From the NCBI RefSeq assembly GCF_000341395.1, contig NC_020304.1, positions 1,530,001 to 1,562,000 on the forward strand: a stretch of 32,000 nucleotides of DNA, given 5' to 3'. The notes under the pieces were generated by a model. It made no database searches. It was given only the letters and a program-made list of their open reading frames with translations, and had not been told where the DNA came from. This DNA comes from Desulfocapsa sulfexigens DSM 10523 (lineage in GTDB: Bacteria; Desulfobacterota; Desulfobulbia; Desulfobulbales; Desulfocapsaceae). Below are positions 1 to 8,944 of this stretch, piece by piece (the first letter of the stretch is position 1; every line of letters starts with the position of its first letter). The translations under genes and the position numbers were made by a program.

Positions 1-1
1 G

Positions 2-196
2 GACAGTACGGCCCTTGGTGTTGTAATTAAAAGTTTTAAATGGTTGCGACAGGCCGATAACGGAAATGGAGAACTGGGCCTTTGCAGTGTCAATGACAAG
101 ATAATGAGCCTCCTGCAGTTGACTCGAATGGATAGAGTTTTTCTCGTTTTTCCCGATAGTCAGGAAGCAATAAAAACAATAACTGAATCCAGATGA
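2..196 (+). CDS. STAS-domain anti-sigma-factor antagonist (RsbV/SpoIIAA-like), 5'-truncated by the window edge
   Basis: The frame is open from base 2 to TGA 194-196. It is missing from the ORF track because it has no start in the window. It reads DSTALGVVIKSFKWLRQADNGNGELGLCSVNDKIMSLLQLTRMDRVFLVFPDSQEAIKTITESR. DSTxLG matches the phospho-serine motif of RsbV/SpoIIAA, and the tail is STAS-like. The stop overlaps the next start (ATGA 193-196). Confidence 0.75.
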   Translation, partial: DSTALGVVIKSFKWLRQADNGNGELGLCSVNDKIMSLLQLTRMDRVFLVFPDSQEAIKTITESR

Positions 197-636
197 GTTC
201 TCCTGAAAGTCACTATTTACAACTGATTATTCCAAGCGAAAAGGAGGACTCTCGCCTTATTGGCAGGGCCGTGTATTCATTTTGTCTTCATATGGGATTT
301 GATGAGGTTCAAAGTTATCAGATTGAGTTGGCAACGGTTGAGGTTACACATAATATTGTTGGTCACGCCTATGATAATTGTCCCGACTGTGTGATCGAGC
401 TTCATGCGCAGGGATTGGCTGACAGGATTATTTTCACCATAATTGATAACGGTAAATCTGCAGACGCTTTTGCGTTCCCTGCCTGTTGTCCCGTTGATCC
501 GGGGAGTGCGATTGACAGGTTGCCGGAGTCTTCCATGGGACTCTATATTATAGCTTCTGTTATGGATACCGTGGAGTACGAGGTGTATGAAAATTCTAAT
601 ATACTGACCATGATGAAGTATCTGCCCAAATCATGA
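193..636 (+). CDS. Anti-sigma regulatory factor, RsbW/SpoIIAB-type serine protein kinase (HATPase_c_2)
   Basis: The 147-aa ORF has an N-box-like ATVEVTHNIVGHAY, a G1-like IIDNGKS and a G2-like GMGLYIIASVMD. Its size is typical of RsbW/SpoIIAB. It shares ATGA overlaps with both neighbours (193-196 and 633-636). Confidence 0.8.
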   Translation: MSSPESHYLQLIIPSEKEDSRLIGRAVYSFCLHMGFDEVQSYQIELATVEVTHNIVGHAYDNCPDCVIELHAQGLADRIIFTIIDNGKSADAFAFPACCPVDPGSAIDRLPESSMGLYIIASVMDTVEYEVYENSNILTMMKYLPKS

Positions 637-2924
637 ACGTTAACGGGTTCTTTTCTCAAAAAAACTGGTTAGCTCCTGTTGTTATTGGTTGTCTGCTGCT
701 GACCACTCCTCTATTCCTCTCAGGAGTTATCACCCGCCTTACCACCAAAGAGCAGTTTTTTTTCGCCTGGGGACTGATCTTTCTGGTTCTTGTTTTACGG
801 AAGGTGGCCCATCATTTTTCTGTCTTTTTTGGTATCCTTATTTCCTTCTGCACTCTGTTTCTGCTGAGCCGATATTTCTTTTTTCGTCTGAGTTCGACCC
901 TGCTTTACACCTCAACTCTGGAGTTTTTCTTTATTCTGGTTCTTTTTGCGGCGGAAATCTACGGTATGTTTATTCAGGTGATGGGGATGATCATCAATGT
1001 AATGCCTCTGTATCGACCGGCAGTGCAATCCATTGAACTTAGTGATCCCGATCTCCCCGTTGTCGATGTCCTTATTCCCACCTACAATGAGCCGGAACAG
1101 ATGGTTGCCATTACCGCCAGTGCCTGTACGCTTTTTGATTATCCTCGGGAAAAACTCAACATTTATATTCTCGATGATGGAGGAACAACTCAGAAACGTA
1201 ATGCTGCTGACCCGAAAAGTGCCGCCGCTGCCCTCGTTCGTCACGAAACCCTCAAGGTGCTGGCTGAATATCTTGAAGTGAATTACCTGACCAGAGAGGA
1301 AAATATATCTGCAAAGGCAGGAAATATTAATGCCGCGCTCTACACAAGCGACGATGGTCAGCAACATCCCAGTGGAGATCTAGTCCTGGTTCTGGACTGT
1401 GATCACGTGCCCACAAGGGATTTTCTTCAGAATACGGTTGGCTACTTTTTGAAAGATCCGAAGCTGTTTCTGGTACAGACTCCGCATTTCTTTATTAACC
1501 CTGACCCGGTGGAAAAGAATCTCGATACCTTCAATAAGATTCCGGGAGATAATGTGATGTTTTACGGGAAGGTACTTCCCGGACTTGATTTATGGAATGC
1601 GGCGTTTTTTTGCGGTTCTGCCGCTGTGCTCCGCAGAAGCTGTCTCGATGAAGTTGGAGGTATCGTAGGGGAAACCATCACCGAAGATGCGGAAACTGCT
1701 TTGACCATGCATGGTCGGGGGTACAATTCTGTCTATGTTGGCAAACCAATGGTTTGCGGACTCTGTCCAGAAACTTTTGAGGACTTTATAATTCAGCGAA
1801 ACAGATGGGCTCAGGGGATGGCTCAGATTTTGTTGCTTAAGAATCCTCTTTTTGCCCGTGGACTCAGTCTGATTCAGCGACTTTGTTATCTGAACTCTGC
1901 CGGATTCTGGTTTTTCAGTTTTTCCAGGCTGATGTTTATGCTGGCCCCGTTTTTTTATCTTTATGGAGATCTGCAGATATATCATGCAACCCTGTTACAG
2001 TGTCTGGCCTATCCCATCCCGTACATGATTTTGTCCATGATTGTGACAAATTTCATGTACGGTGCAGTGCGGCATCCGTTCTTTTCAGAGCTCTATGAAA
2101 CTGCCATGAGTTTTTATAATGTCCCGGCAATTTTGAGTGTTTTGCGTAATCCCCGTTCTCCTCAGTTTAAGGTAACTCCAAAGGACACCAGCCTTGCCGA
2201 GGATTCGGTCAGCCCGCTGGCGACTCCCTTTTACATAATGCTTGGGCTTTTTGCCGCCATGTATCCGGTTGCCATGTATAGGGCCGTCACTAATCCACAG
2301 TTTCTTGGTTCCATTATTATCTGTACTGTCTGGGGCACTTTTAATTTTCTTCTTTTGCTCCTCTGTCTCGGGGTGGTATGGGAAAGAAGACAGATCAGGA
2401 AAAAATACCGTATGCCCGTGAAGGAACCGATTCGTCTGAGGGTTCAAGATAGCGGACAGGACGGTTGGCTGAACGGTCTGGCCACGGATCTTTCAGAAGA
2501 AGGCATGGGAATTATCCTGGATGGAAAGAGATTAGTGTCCGAAGGGGCGATGATAGAGATCGAGACCGAAAACAGTGCTGGAAGGCACTTTTTGTTTACT
2601 GCCGAAGTTGTCAGGATAATGAAACATGGGAATGGGGTCCAGCTGGGTTGCCAGTATCAATTTGAAGATGAGGAAAGTTTTCTTGCTATCACTAACTATC
2701 TGTATGGTGAAAGTGACAGGTGGGAGAAGTTATGGAAAGGGCGTCAGCACAAGGTACCCATTGTTGCCGGGTTCTTCTTTGTTCTGAAACTTGGTTTTAC
2801 GGGAACGTATCACCACTTCATAGGGTTGGCTCGAATTTTTTGGAAAAAATTACATATATATCAGGAGAAGATATGGAGCAGGTTTGTTGCAAAAAAAACA
2901 AAACGTTCTGGTTGTTCCTATTAG
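633..2924 (+). CDS. bcsA: Cellulose synthase catalytic subunit (UDP-forming), GT2 with C-terminal PilZ domain
   Basis: The 763-aa multi-TM protein carries the GT2 processive motifs ILDDGG, LDCDH, ITEDAETAL and QRNRWAQG (QxxRW). The PilZ c-di-GMP motifs RRQIR (RxxxR) and DLSEEGMG (DxSxxG) are present. Confidence 0.95.
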   Translation: MNVNGFFSQKNWLAPVVIGCLLLTTPLFLSGVITRLTTKEQFFFAWGLIFLVLVLRKVAHHFSVFFGILISFCTLFLLSRYFFFRLSSTLLYTSTLEFFFILVLFAAEIYGMFIQVMGMIINVMPLYRPAVQSIELSDPDLPVVDVLIPTYNEPEQMVAITASACTLFDYPREKLNIYILDDGGTTQKRNAADPKSAAAALVRHETLKVLAEYLEVNYLTREENISAKAGNINAALYTSDDGQQHPSGDLVLVLDCDHVPTRDFLQNTVGYFLKDPKLFLVQTPHFFINPDPVEKNLDTFNKIPGDNVMFYGKVLPGLDLWNAAFFCGSAAVLRRSCLDEVGGIVGETITEDAETALTMHGRGYNSVYVGKPMVCGLCPETFEDFIIQRNRWAQGMAQILLLKNPLFARGLSLIQRLCYLNSAGFWFFSFSRLMFMLAPFFYLYGDLQIYHATLLQCLAYPIPYMILSMIVTNFMYGAVRHPFFSELYETAMSFYNVPAILSVLRNPRSPQFKVTPKDTSLAEDSVSPLATPFYIMLGLFAAMYPVAMYRAVTNPQFLGSIIICTVWGTFNFLLLLLCLGVVWERRQIRKKYRMPVKEPIRLRVQDSGQDGWLNGLATDLSEEGMGIILDGKRLVSEGAMIEIETENSAGRHFLFTAEVVRIMKHGNGVQLGCQYQFEDEESFLAITNYLYGESDRWEKLWKGRQHKVPIVAGFFFVLKLGFTGTYHHFIGLARIFWKKLHIYQEKIWSRFVAKKTKRSGCSY

Positions 2925-5113
2925 CCGGGAGCCTTTTGTCTGTCCTGTTGCTCAGGACCGTTCCTGCGTACTGCCAGGAGCAGCTCAGGATTCCTCTAAC
3001 CAAGTTTAACGCACCGGGAATTGTAAAACTCACCAATAGCGACGATAGCTATAGTCTTAAAATTGCAACACCAAAGCGCTGGCAGGTTGAGGATGCAAGC
3101 CTGGAGCTTGCTTATGTCAACTCAACGGCCCTTTTGCCCACCCGTTCCCGTCTGGTTATCCTTTTTAACGACTATCCCCTGGCCCAGGTGACTCTGGAAG
3201 CAGACGCTCCAGAAGGGCTTATTACCGTAGCCATACCTGGCCGTCTCTTTAAGGTAGGCTATAACGACTTGAAGATTCAAGTGGCACAGGCGTTTAAAGA
3301 GGATGGTTGTATTCCCTCAAACCCGCCTGAGGTGTGGACAACTCTAGAGTTTATTGATTCAACCCTTGAATTTTTCTATACCCGAAAAGAAGTACCTTTG
3401 AGCCTGGCATCCGTTGCAGATTTCCTCTTTGATCCGAAAATAAGCGAGAAGAATAAAGTCCATATTGTGACGGAAACCACCGAAAACAGAGATGTATCCC
3501 TGGCAGCCTTAACTGCTGCTGCCGTTGCCCTGCGTTTTGATTATCGTCCTGTACAGTTTTCCACTGGGCAGGCGTTGTTGCCGGGGAGAGATAACATCGT
3601 TATTGGTAAGCGTTCATTTCTCCAAAAAATTACAGGAAGTGAGACCGTTCAAGGAGATATGGGAATATTTCCCATGCCAGAGGGGGATGGTACCATAGAT
3701 CGTTTACATGGACTGATCTATCTGGGGGGAGGGGATGCTGAGGAAATTCGACAAAGTGTTGAAGCTTTTTCCATTCTTTCCCTGCCACTGCCAAATGTGC
3801 AGTTCTGTGATATCACTGAGGTTCGGTTACCCCCGATTTCTTCCTATTCGGGGAAAAACAGGCTTGCTCCTGAAAAACGCTATACCTTCCGAGAGCTTGG
3901 GTTGGCGACGACAACATTTCGTGGACAGCACACCGATCCAGTGTCGGTCCAATTTACCCTGCCCACAAATTTTTTACTTGAGGGGAATCGGGATATTCTC
4001 CTTCGCCTGGATTTTTCCTATGGAGCTGCTCTGCGTGAAGATTCTGTATTCTCCCTGGCGGTAAATGGAAAGTTTGTCTCTTCAATTCCTCTCAGCTCGC
4101 CGACGGGGGGGCAGTATCAGGGGTATACCGTTCGTTTGCCTCTCAGCTATTTTAGACCTGGCAGTAATGTCTTTCAGCTTGATGCCGTCATGACACCGCT
4201 GCATACGACAGCCTGTGAGGCGCTGCAAACCGACCATCTGGCCTTGACACTTTTTGAGAGCTCAACAATTCAGGTGCCAGAAATGTTCCAGTGGGTCAAG
4301 CTGCCCCAGCTCAGTTATCTCTTTAATGATGGCTTTCCTCTTACCGCTGCTCCGGATTTCTCGCAAACCAGTGTAGTACTGGCACAGAGAGATGAAAGAA
4401 TTCTGGCAGCAGCGCTCAATGTTATTGCAGGAATAGTTCAGAAGACAGGGGTGTTACCCTATGGCCTGACAGTTACCGATGCAGTATCAGAAAGTGAGGC
4501 CAACAATCTTCTGGTCATTGGTTCACGGGAAGGTTTAGGTGAAAATATTCTCCATGCCTCTCCACTGGCAAAGAATATTACACTGCCTGTTCATGGCAGG
4601 TTACCTGGAACTCTGCGTGTTGTAGATTGGAAGGACAGGTTGTGGCAAATGCTGTTTGATGAAGTGCCTGAACCTGGCACCATTGCACCTGATATAGCTA
4701 CTCTGGGGACTGATATTCGATTCAGACCGCAACAGGCTGTCCTCTGTGAGTTCGAGTCACCATTCAGTCCCATGAAGAGCGTGGTACTGCTCATTGCTGA
4801 AGATCCTGATGATGTCCTTCAGGCCTCCCTGCTGCTGCAGGAAAATGAGGTGGCTCAGCAATGTGATAACGGCTTTGTTGTCATCGATTTTGATGGTAGA
4901 AAACCGGTGGTGCAGCAGGCTGACCTGATTCCATCCTATTCCGTAGGCGAGATAACAGCCTACAACCGCATAAGCTATCTTATAGACAAGTACCGTTGGT
5001 CTTTTATTGCGCTTCTTACCGGTCTGCTGGCTTTTATATCCCTGGGCTTAACGATTCTTTTGAAAAGACGACGTCGCAATCGACTACAGGCGATGAACAT
5101 GGAAGAGGAATAA
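2873..5113 (+). CDS. bcsB: Cellulose synthase regulatory (periplasmic) subunit BcsB
   Basis: This large periplasmic protein follows bcsA directly. I chose the start at ATG 2873, preceded by AGGAG at 2864-2868, which gives the signal peptide MEQVCCKKNKTFWLFLLAGSLLSVLLLRTVPAYC. A single C-terminal TM anchor plus basic tail (LTGLLAFISLGLTILLKRRRRNR) is typical of BcsB. The ORF-track start at 2720 lies inside bcsA and has no RBS. Confidence 0.85.
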   Translation: MEQVCCKKNKTFWLFLLAGSLLSVLLLRTVPAYCQEQLRIPLTKFNAPGIVKLTNSDDSYSLKIATPKRWQVEDASLELAYVNSTALLPTRSRLVILFNDYPLAQVTLEADAPEGLITVAIPGRLFKVGYNDLKIQVAQAFKEDGCIPSNPPEVWTTLEFIDSTLEFFYTRKEVPLSLASVADFLFDPKISEKNKVHIVTETTENRDVSLAALTAAAVALRFDYRPVQFSTGQALLPGRDNIVIGKRSFLQKITGSETVQGDMGIFPMPEGDGTIDRLHGLIYLGGGDAEEIRQSVEAFSILSLPLPNVQFCDITEVRLPPISSYSGKNRLAPEKRYTFRELGLATTTFRGQHTDPVSVQFTLPTNFLLEGNRDILLRLDFSYGAALREDSVFSLAVNGKFVSSIPLSSPTGGQYQGYTVRLPLSYFRPGSNVFQLDAVMTPLHTTACEALQTDHLALTLFESSTIQVPEMFQWVKLPQLSYLFNDGFPLTAAPDFSQTSVVLAQRDERILAAALNVIAGIVQKTGVLPYGLTVTDAVSESEANNLLVIGSREGLGENILHASPLAKNITLPVHGRLPGTLRVVDWKDRLWQMLFDEVPEPGTIAPDIATLGTDIRFRPQQAVLCEFESPFSPMKSVVLLIAEDPDDVLQASLLLQENEVAQQCDNGFVVIDFDGRKPVVQQADLIPSYSVGEITAYNRISYLIDKYRWSFIALLTGLLAFISLGLTILLKRRRRNRLQAMNMEEE

Positions 5114-6249
5114 TGTTCTGTTGCAGACTCACTGTCTTTCTGCCCATGTTACTCTTTCTCTGTTGCCTGCGTCCAGTTTGCGCTGCGGAACCGGGCACGT
5201 GGGCAGGTTTTAAGGAAGAATTTATCACCGCCGAGGGACGGGTGATTGATCGTCATCAACAAGGCATCAGTCATTCCGAAGGACAGGGCTACAGTATGCT
5301 CCTGGCAGTAGCATTTGACGATCGTAAAACATTTTCTCTGCTCTGGCAGTGGACGAAAGGTCATCTTCAGGTAAGAAAGACGGATGCTCTCAGCGCCTGG
5401 AGCTGGGGAAAATTACCCAACGGAGCGATGGCACCCATCGATTTTAACAATGCCAGTGATGGGGATATCTGCATCGCATGGGCACTTTTGCTGGCCAGGG
5501 AGAAATGGAACCTGCCGACTCTGCAGGATGAAGCGAGCAGGATACTGTCAAGTATTCGGAGCTATCTGTTGCTGGAAAAATTTGGCAAGACGCTGCTTCT
5601 TCCAGGGTATTATGGATTTGCGCATACCGATACGGTGACAGTCAATCCTTCCTATCTGGTTCTTCCTGCCTTCAAGGTGTTTGGCAGATACGGGGACAGG
5701 GTTCTCTGGCAGCGGGTGTATGATGAGAGCCTTTCATTATTGAAAGAGACGTCCTTTGGCAGCTGGCAACTTCCTGCAGACTGGCTTTTTCTGAGTGAGG
5801 ATGGTGTTACGCTTCTTGCCGAAAAACCACCTCTTTTTGGCTATGAGGCCATTCGAGTGTTTCTCTGGACCTGTTGGGATGATTTCCCCGTCAGCCTTCC
5901 AGGGACAAAGATGTTAGTGGATTTGATCGAATCCAGTGGCAGGTTTCCAGTAACTGTTGACTTGAATACCGACAGCTTCAGTGAGCAGGATGCCCCTGGA
6001 GGATTCGTCGCGATAGCTGCAAACTGTGCCAGGCAACTGGATAGAAAAAAACTGGCGAAAACCTTGTGGCTGCAGGCTGAACAAAAAATCCAGCAGGAAG
6101 GGGGGATTATTATTCACAGGTTCTCTATCTTCTGGCCAGTACCCGGAGGATTCCATGAGTTGTCTGAGTGGAATCTCTTTTGTAATTGCAGGACTCTGCT
6201 GGAGTTACCTGCTTCCCGCTACGGGAATGGCTCAGACCCCACTCTCTGA
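5113..6249 (+). CDS. bcsZ: Endo-1,4-beta-glucanase BcsZ (glycoside hydrolase family 8), with a probable frameshift in the 3' end
   Basis: The start at ATG 5113 overlaps the bcsB stop (TAATG) and gives the signal peptide MFCCRLTVFLPMLLFLCCLRPVCA. The catalytic-acid motif HSEGQGY is present, and ASDGDICIAWALLLAREKW fits the GH8 PROSITE-type signature. The last ~48 aa of the ORF as given look unnatural. A different frame gives a GH8-like C-terminus that ends at 6158 (see findings). Confidence 0.85.
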   Translation: MFCCRLTVFLPMLLFLCCLRPVCAAEPGTWAGFKEEFITAEGRVIDRHQQGISHSEGQGYSMLLAVAFDDRKTFSLLWQWTKGHLQVRKTDALSAWSWGKLPNGAMAPIDFNNASDGDICIAWALLLAREKWNLPTLQDEASRILSSIRSYLLLEKFGKTLLLPGYYGFAHTDTVTVNPSYLVLPAFKVFGRYGDRVLWQRVYDESLSLLKETSFGSWQLPADWLFLSEDGVTLLAEKPPLFGYEAIRVFLWTCWDDFPVSLPGTKMLVDLIESSGRFPVTVDLNTDSFSEQDAPGGFVAIAANCARQLDRKKLAKTLWLQAEQKIQQEGGIIIHRFSIFWPVPGGFHELSEWNLFCNCRTLLELPASRYGNGSDPTL

Positions 6250-8944
6250 AAAAAAAGTACATAATCAGGCAGCTGTTGTGTACCAGAAAGAGCAGCAATC
6301 CGTCCTGAAGTCCACAAACAGAACTGTAGTCAGGGAATCTGTTGAACAGAGTCCGGCCAGAGTATCCAGAACCCCGCAGCAGTTTCTGCGCAGTTTACCT
6401 TCTCCTTCATCAGAGGATACACAGGAGGCAGCTGCAGATCCGTTGGCAGCTGTCCTGGCCTATGGCTGGCAGGAATATGGGCTGGAGAACTATGCTCAGG
6501 CAAAAAAGTTCTTTTTACAGGCAGTTATTTCGAAAAACGTTGAAAATCGCCGTAATGCTGAATATGGCCTGATGTATAGCTATCTGAAACTCGGTGAAAC
6601 AGATTCCGCTCTGCCTCTGCTGCAACATTTCGTTGCCCGGGGTGAGCAACTTGAATCGACAGCCCCGGTTCTGGCTGCACTTCTCTTTGATCGGGGAGAT
6701 ATTGAAGCTCTTCAGGAATTACTTCCGAAGCTCTCCCCGGCCGACCAGAAAGAGTGGCGGGAGCGAATTGTTTTTGCCCAGTTTCAAGACGCTCTGGTGG
6801 CATTGAATGAAGGCAGCAGGCAGGATGAAGTGAGGAATTTTCTCCAGCAATACAGACCCGTCCTTGAAGAGTGTCGGCAGCAGGAACAGTTTTTTCGTCT
6901 GGCTACCCTTTTTATGAAGGACAGTCCTTACCTGGCAAAGAATATCTTCGCAGATTTGAGGAAATGTTTGCCGGAGGATCATCACTGGCAGGAACGGGTT
7001 CTCCGTGAACAGTTGCAGGTAATGAGTAATAACGAGCTGTTTACAGCGGTATCGATTCCATTCGATGGAACAGTATCGGAGTCGACCTGGAAGCGCTTGC
7101 TCAAGGAAACCACGTGGCAGAGATTGGAGCAGCTTGAGCCGAAGGATCCAGTCTACGATTCTTTTGTCCAGGCACTCTACGAGTTGGATCCGAACAATCC
7201 TGAAGCGGCTTCAATGGCAGCCTGGTCCTGTTATCAGCGAGGAGAGTATGCTTGTGCCGGAGATATTTTCTCTACTCTGCTGCGCAATAATCCAACGGAT
7301 GATACACTGCTCGGCCTTGCTTACACTCTGCAGAAAAAAGGTGAATCAGCTGAAGCCCTGTACCTGCTCGATCAGCATTCCGACAGGAAAAGTGAACTCC
7401 TCAATCAACTCCGCTATGATCTTCATGCAACTCTGGGGGGAAATTTTTATCTGAGCAAAGACTATGAGAAAGCAGTCGTGCACCTGGAGCTGGCTCTGAT
7501 CCAGCGGCCAGAGAACGTGGACCTTGAGCAGATGCTCCTCTGGAGTCGCTTTCATCTGGGGGAGAGCAAGCCATTAGTGGAGTTTCTCTGGCAGCAGTAT
7601 GAACAGGATGAGGCGGCCGATACGGCAATATCACTTTCTCATGTGCTTGGAGTTATAGAGGATCCTGAGTTTACAAAAGAGGTGATGGCACGTTTTGCAG
7701 AATCAGAGAAAGCAGAGGTACGGAAAGTAGCTGGAGAGTACGCTTTTCGGCAGAACCATCCGGTACTGGCGGACCAGATTTATCAGGGGCCGGGACCCTA
7801 TGCTGGAAGTGCTGCGCCAGCACTTGATAGCTTGTTTCACTTTCGCAGCAAGGGGGGAGATGAGGGTACCTCCAGTCTCAATGCGGCAACCCTTGTTGCG
7901 AGACAAACGTTTTCCAGTCATTCCGGAAAAACCTGGTCGATTGCTATCTTCCCTCTGTCCATTGATTCTGGATCCCTGGCGGCAGACGTTCAGGTTGGAA
8001 GTGCATTTCGCTCGCCCGATCAATCACAGGTTCGGCCAGAGCTGTGGGAGGAAGATGCTTTTGCCTTGGGATGGCGCGGTGGTTTGCAGATTGAAGGGGA
8101 GCTGGACTGGGATATTGGGATTGGTAGTACACCCCTCAATGGAGTTATTTCTCCGACTCTTGTCGGTAGGTTGCAGGGCAGTGGCTCCGATTGGGGCTTT
8201 GCCTTGGAAAGGGATTCCGTCAAGGAGTCCATGCTTTCATGGCTTGGTCAAACGGATCCGTACAGTGGACAGGCGTGGGGGAGGGTAGTAGAGACAAAGC
8301 TTGGTGGACATAAAACGATTTCTCTCAATGACTGGTGGCTGGCCGTAGAAGGACAGTATGGCTGGTATAATGGGGAGCGTGTGGAACAAAACACTTCTTT
8401 GACTGTATCGCTGAGTGGCGGGTATACCGAGGACTGGGATGATTTTGAACAGTCAACCGGACTCTTTCTCTTCGCTCGCGGCTTTGAGCGTAACTCTAAT
8501 TTTTATACCTTTGGGCATGGAGGCTATTACAGCCCTGAGCAACAAATTATTGCCGGACCATTTTTTCGCTTAGTGACATCAGTAGCCACCAATTATTGGC
8601 TGGAGGCCTCCTGTTCTGCAGGCCTTAATTATCGTAAAACCGACGACGCACCCCGTTACGCCAGGCTTGGTGCTGTCAACGTTGGCGCAGAAGATCCTGG
8701 CTGGGATGATCTGCTTGGAACATACGCCGGGGAAAGTGACACCGGGCTGGGTCTGGATGCGCGGGTTCGTGGTATTCTGCCGCTATCAAATGGATGGTTT
8801 ATCGGTGGAGATGCTTCAATTAATAATGTGGCTGATTTTACCCAGTGGCAGGTTGCTGTAGCGCTTCGTTATCGTTTCGGTAAAGGAATGGGGCTTGGCT
8901 TACCAGAGAGGGATCTTTCAATGTTAACAGGTCTGGTTCAATGA
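6155..8944 (+). CDS. bcsC: Cellulose synthase operon protein C (TPR repeats plus C-terminal outer-membrane beta-barrel)
   Basis: I chose the start at ATG 6155, preceded by GGAGGA at 6145-6150, which gives the signal peptide MSCLSGISFVIAGLCWSYLLPATGMAQ. The N-terminal ~550 aa are TPR-like helical repeats. The C-terminal part is Gly/aromatic-rich alternating beta-strand sequence containing FGHGGYYSPEQ (BcsC_C-like) and ending ...VAVALRYRF. Confidence 0.8.
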   Translation: MSCLSGISFVIAGLCWSYLLPATGMAQTPLSEKKVHNQAAVVYQKEQQSVLKSTNRTVVRESVEQSPARVSRTPQQFLRSLPSPSSEDTQEAAADPLAAVLAYGWQEYGLENYAQAKKFFLQAVISKNVENRRNAEYGLMYSYLKLGETDSALPLLQHFVARGEQLESTAPVLAALLFDRGDIEALQELLPKLSPADQKEWRERIVFAQFQDALVALNEGSRQDEVRNFLQQYRPVLEECRQQEQFFRLATLFMKDSPYLAKNIFADLRKCLPEDHHWQERVLREQLQVMSNNELFTAVSIPFDGTVSESTWKRLLKETTWQRLEQLEPKDPVYDSFVQALYELDPNNPEAASMAAWSCYQRGEYACAGDIFSTLLRNNPTDDTLLGLAYTLQKKGESAEALYLLDQHSDRKSELLNQLRYDLHATLGGNFYLSKDYEKAVVHLELALIQRPENVDLEQMLLWSRFHLGESKPLVEFLWQQYEQDEAADTAISLSHVLGVIEDPEFTKEVMARFAESEKAEVRKVAGEYAFRQNHPVLADQIYQGPGPYAGSAAPALDSLFHFRSKGGDEGTSSLNAATLVARQTFSSHSGKTWSIAIFPLSIDSGSLAADVQVGSAFRSPDQSQVRPELWEEDAFALGWRGGLQIEGELDWDIGIGSTPLNGVISPTLVGRLQGSGSDWGFALERDSVKESMLSWLGQTDPYSGQAWGRVVETKLGGHKTISLNDWWLAVEGQYGWYNGERVEQNTSLTVSLSGGYTEDWDDFEQSTGLFLFARGFERNSNFYTFGHGGYYSPEQQIIAGPFFRLVTSVATNYWLEASCSAGLNYRKTDDAPRYARLGAVNVGAEDPGWDDLLGTYAGESDTGLGLDARVRGILPLSNGWFIGGDASINNVADFTQWQVAVALRYRFGKGMGLGLPERDLSMLTGLVQ

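Noticed and set aside
912-1367. Many 60-240-aa ORFs antisense to or out of frame with the large genes. Examples are 912-1367(-), 1590-1985(-), 7800-8288(+), 21511-22014(+) and 27534-28247(+).
   Set aside because: All are nested within long ORFs that have clear family motifs. Their translations are low-complexity or Arg/Ser/Pro/Cys-rich, as expected for shadow frames. None shows independent start signals.
2720-2872. Longer N-terminal extensions offered by the ORF track for bcsB (2720), bcsZ (4996), bcsC (6026), the porin (16535) and the small membrane protein (26211).
   Set aside because: The extensions lie inside the preceding gene or lack an RBS. The internal ATGs (2873, 5113, 6155, 16550, 26187) have Shine-Dalgarno sequences, and four of them (all but 26187, the small membrane protein) also yield proper signal peptides.
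2891-2898. An A8 homopolymer within the bcsA/bcsB overlap, considered as a possible phase-variation tract.
   Set aside because: Both reading frames are intact across it, and an A8 run is short for slipped-strand switching. There is no evidence of variation from a single sequence.
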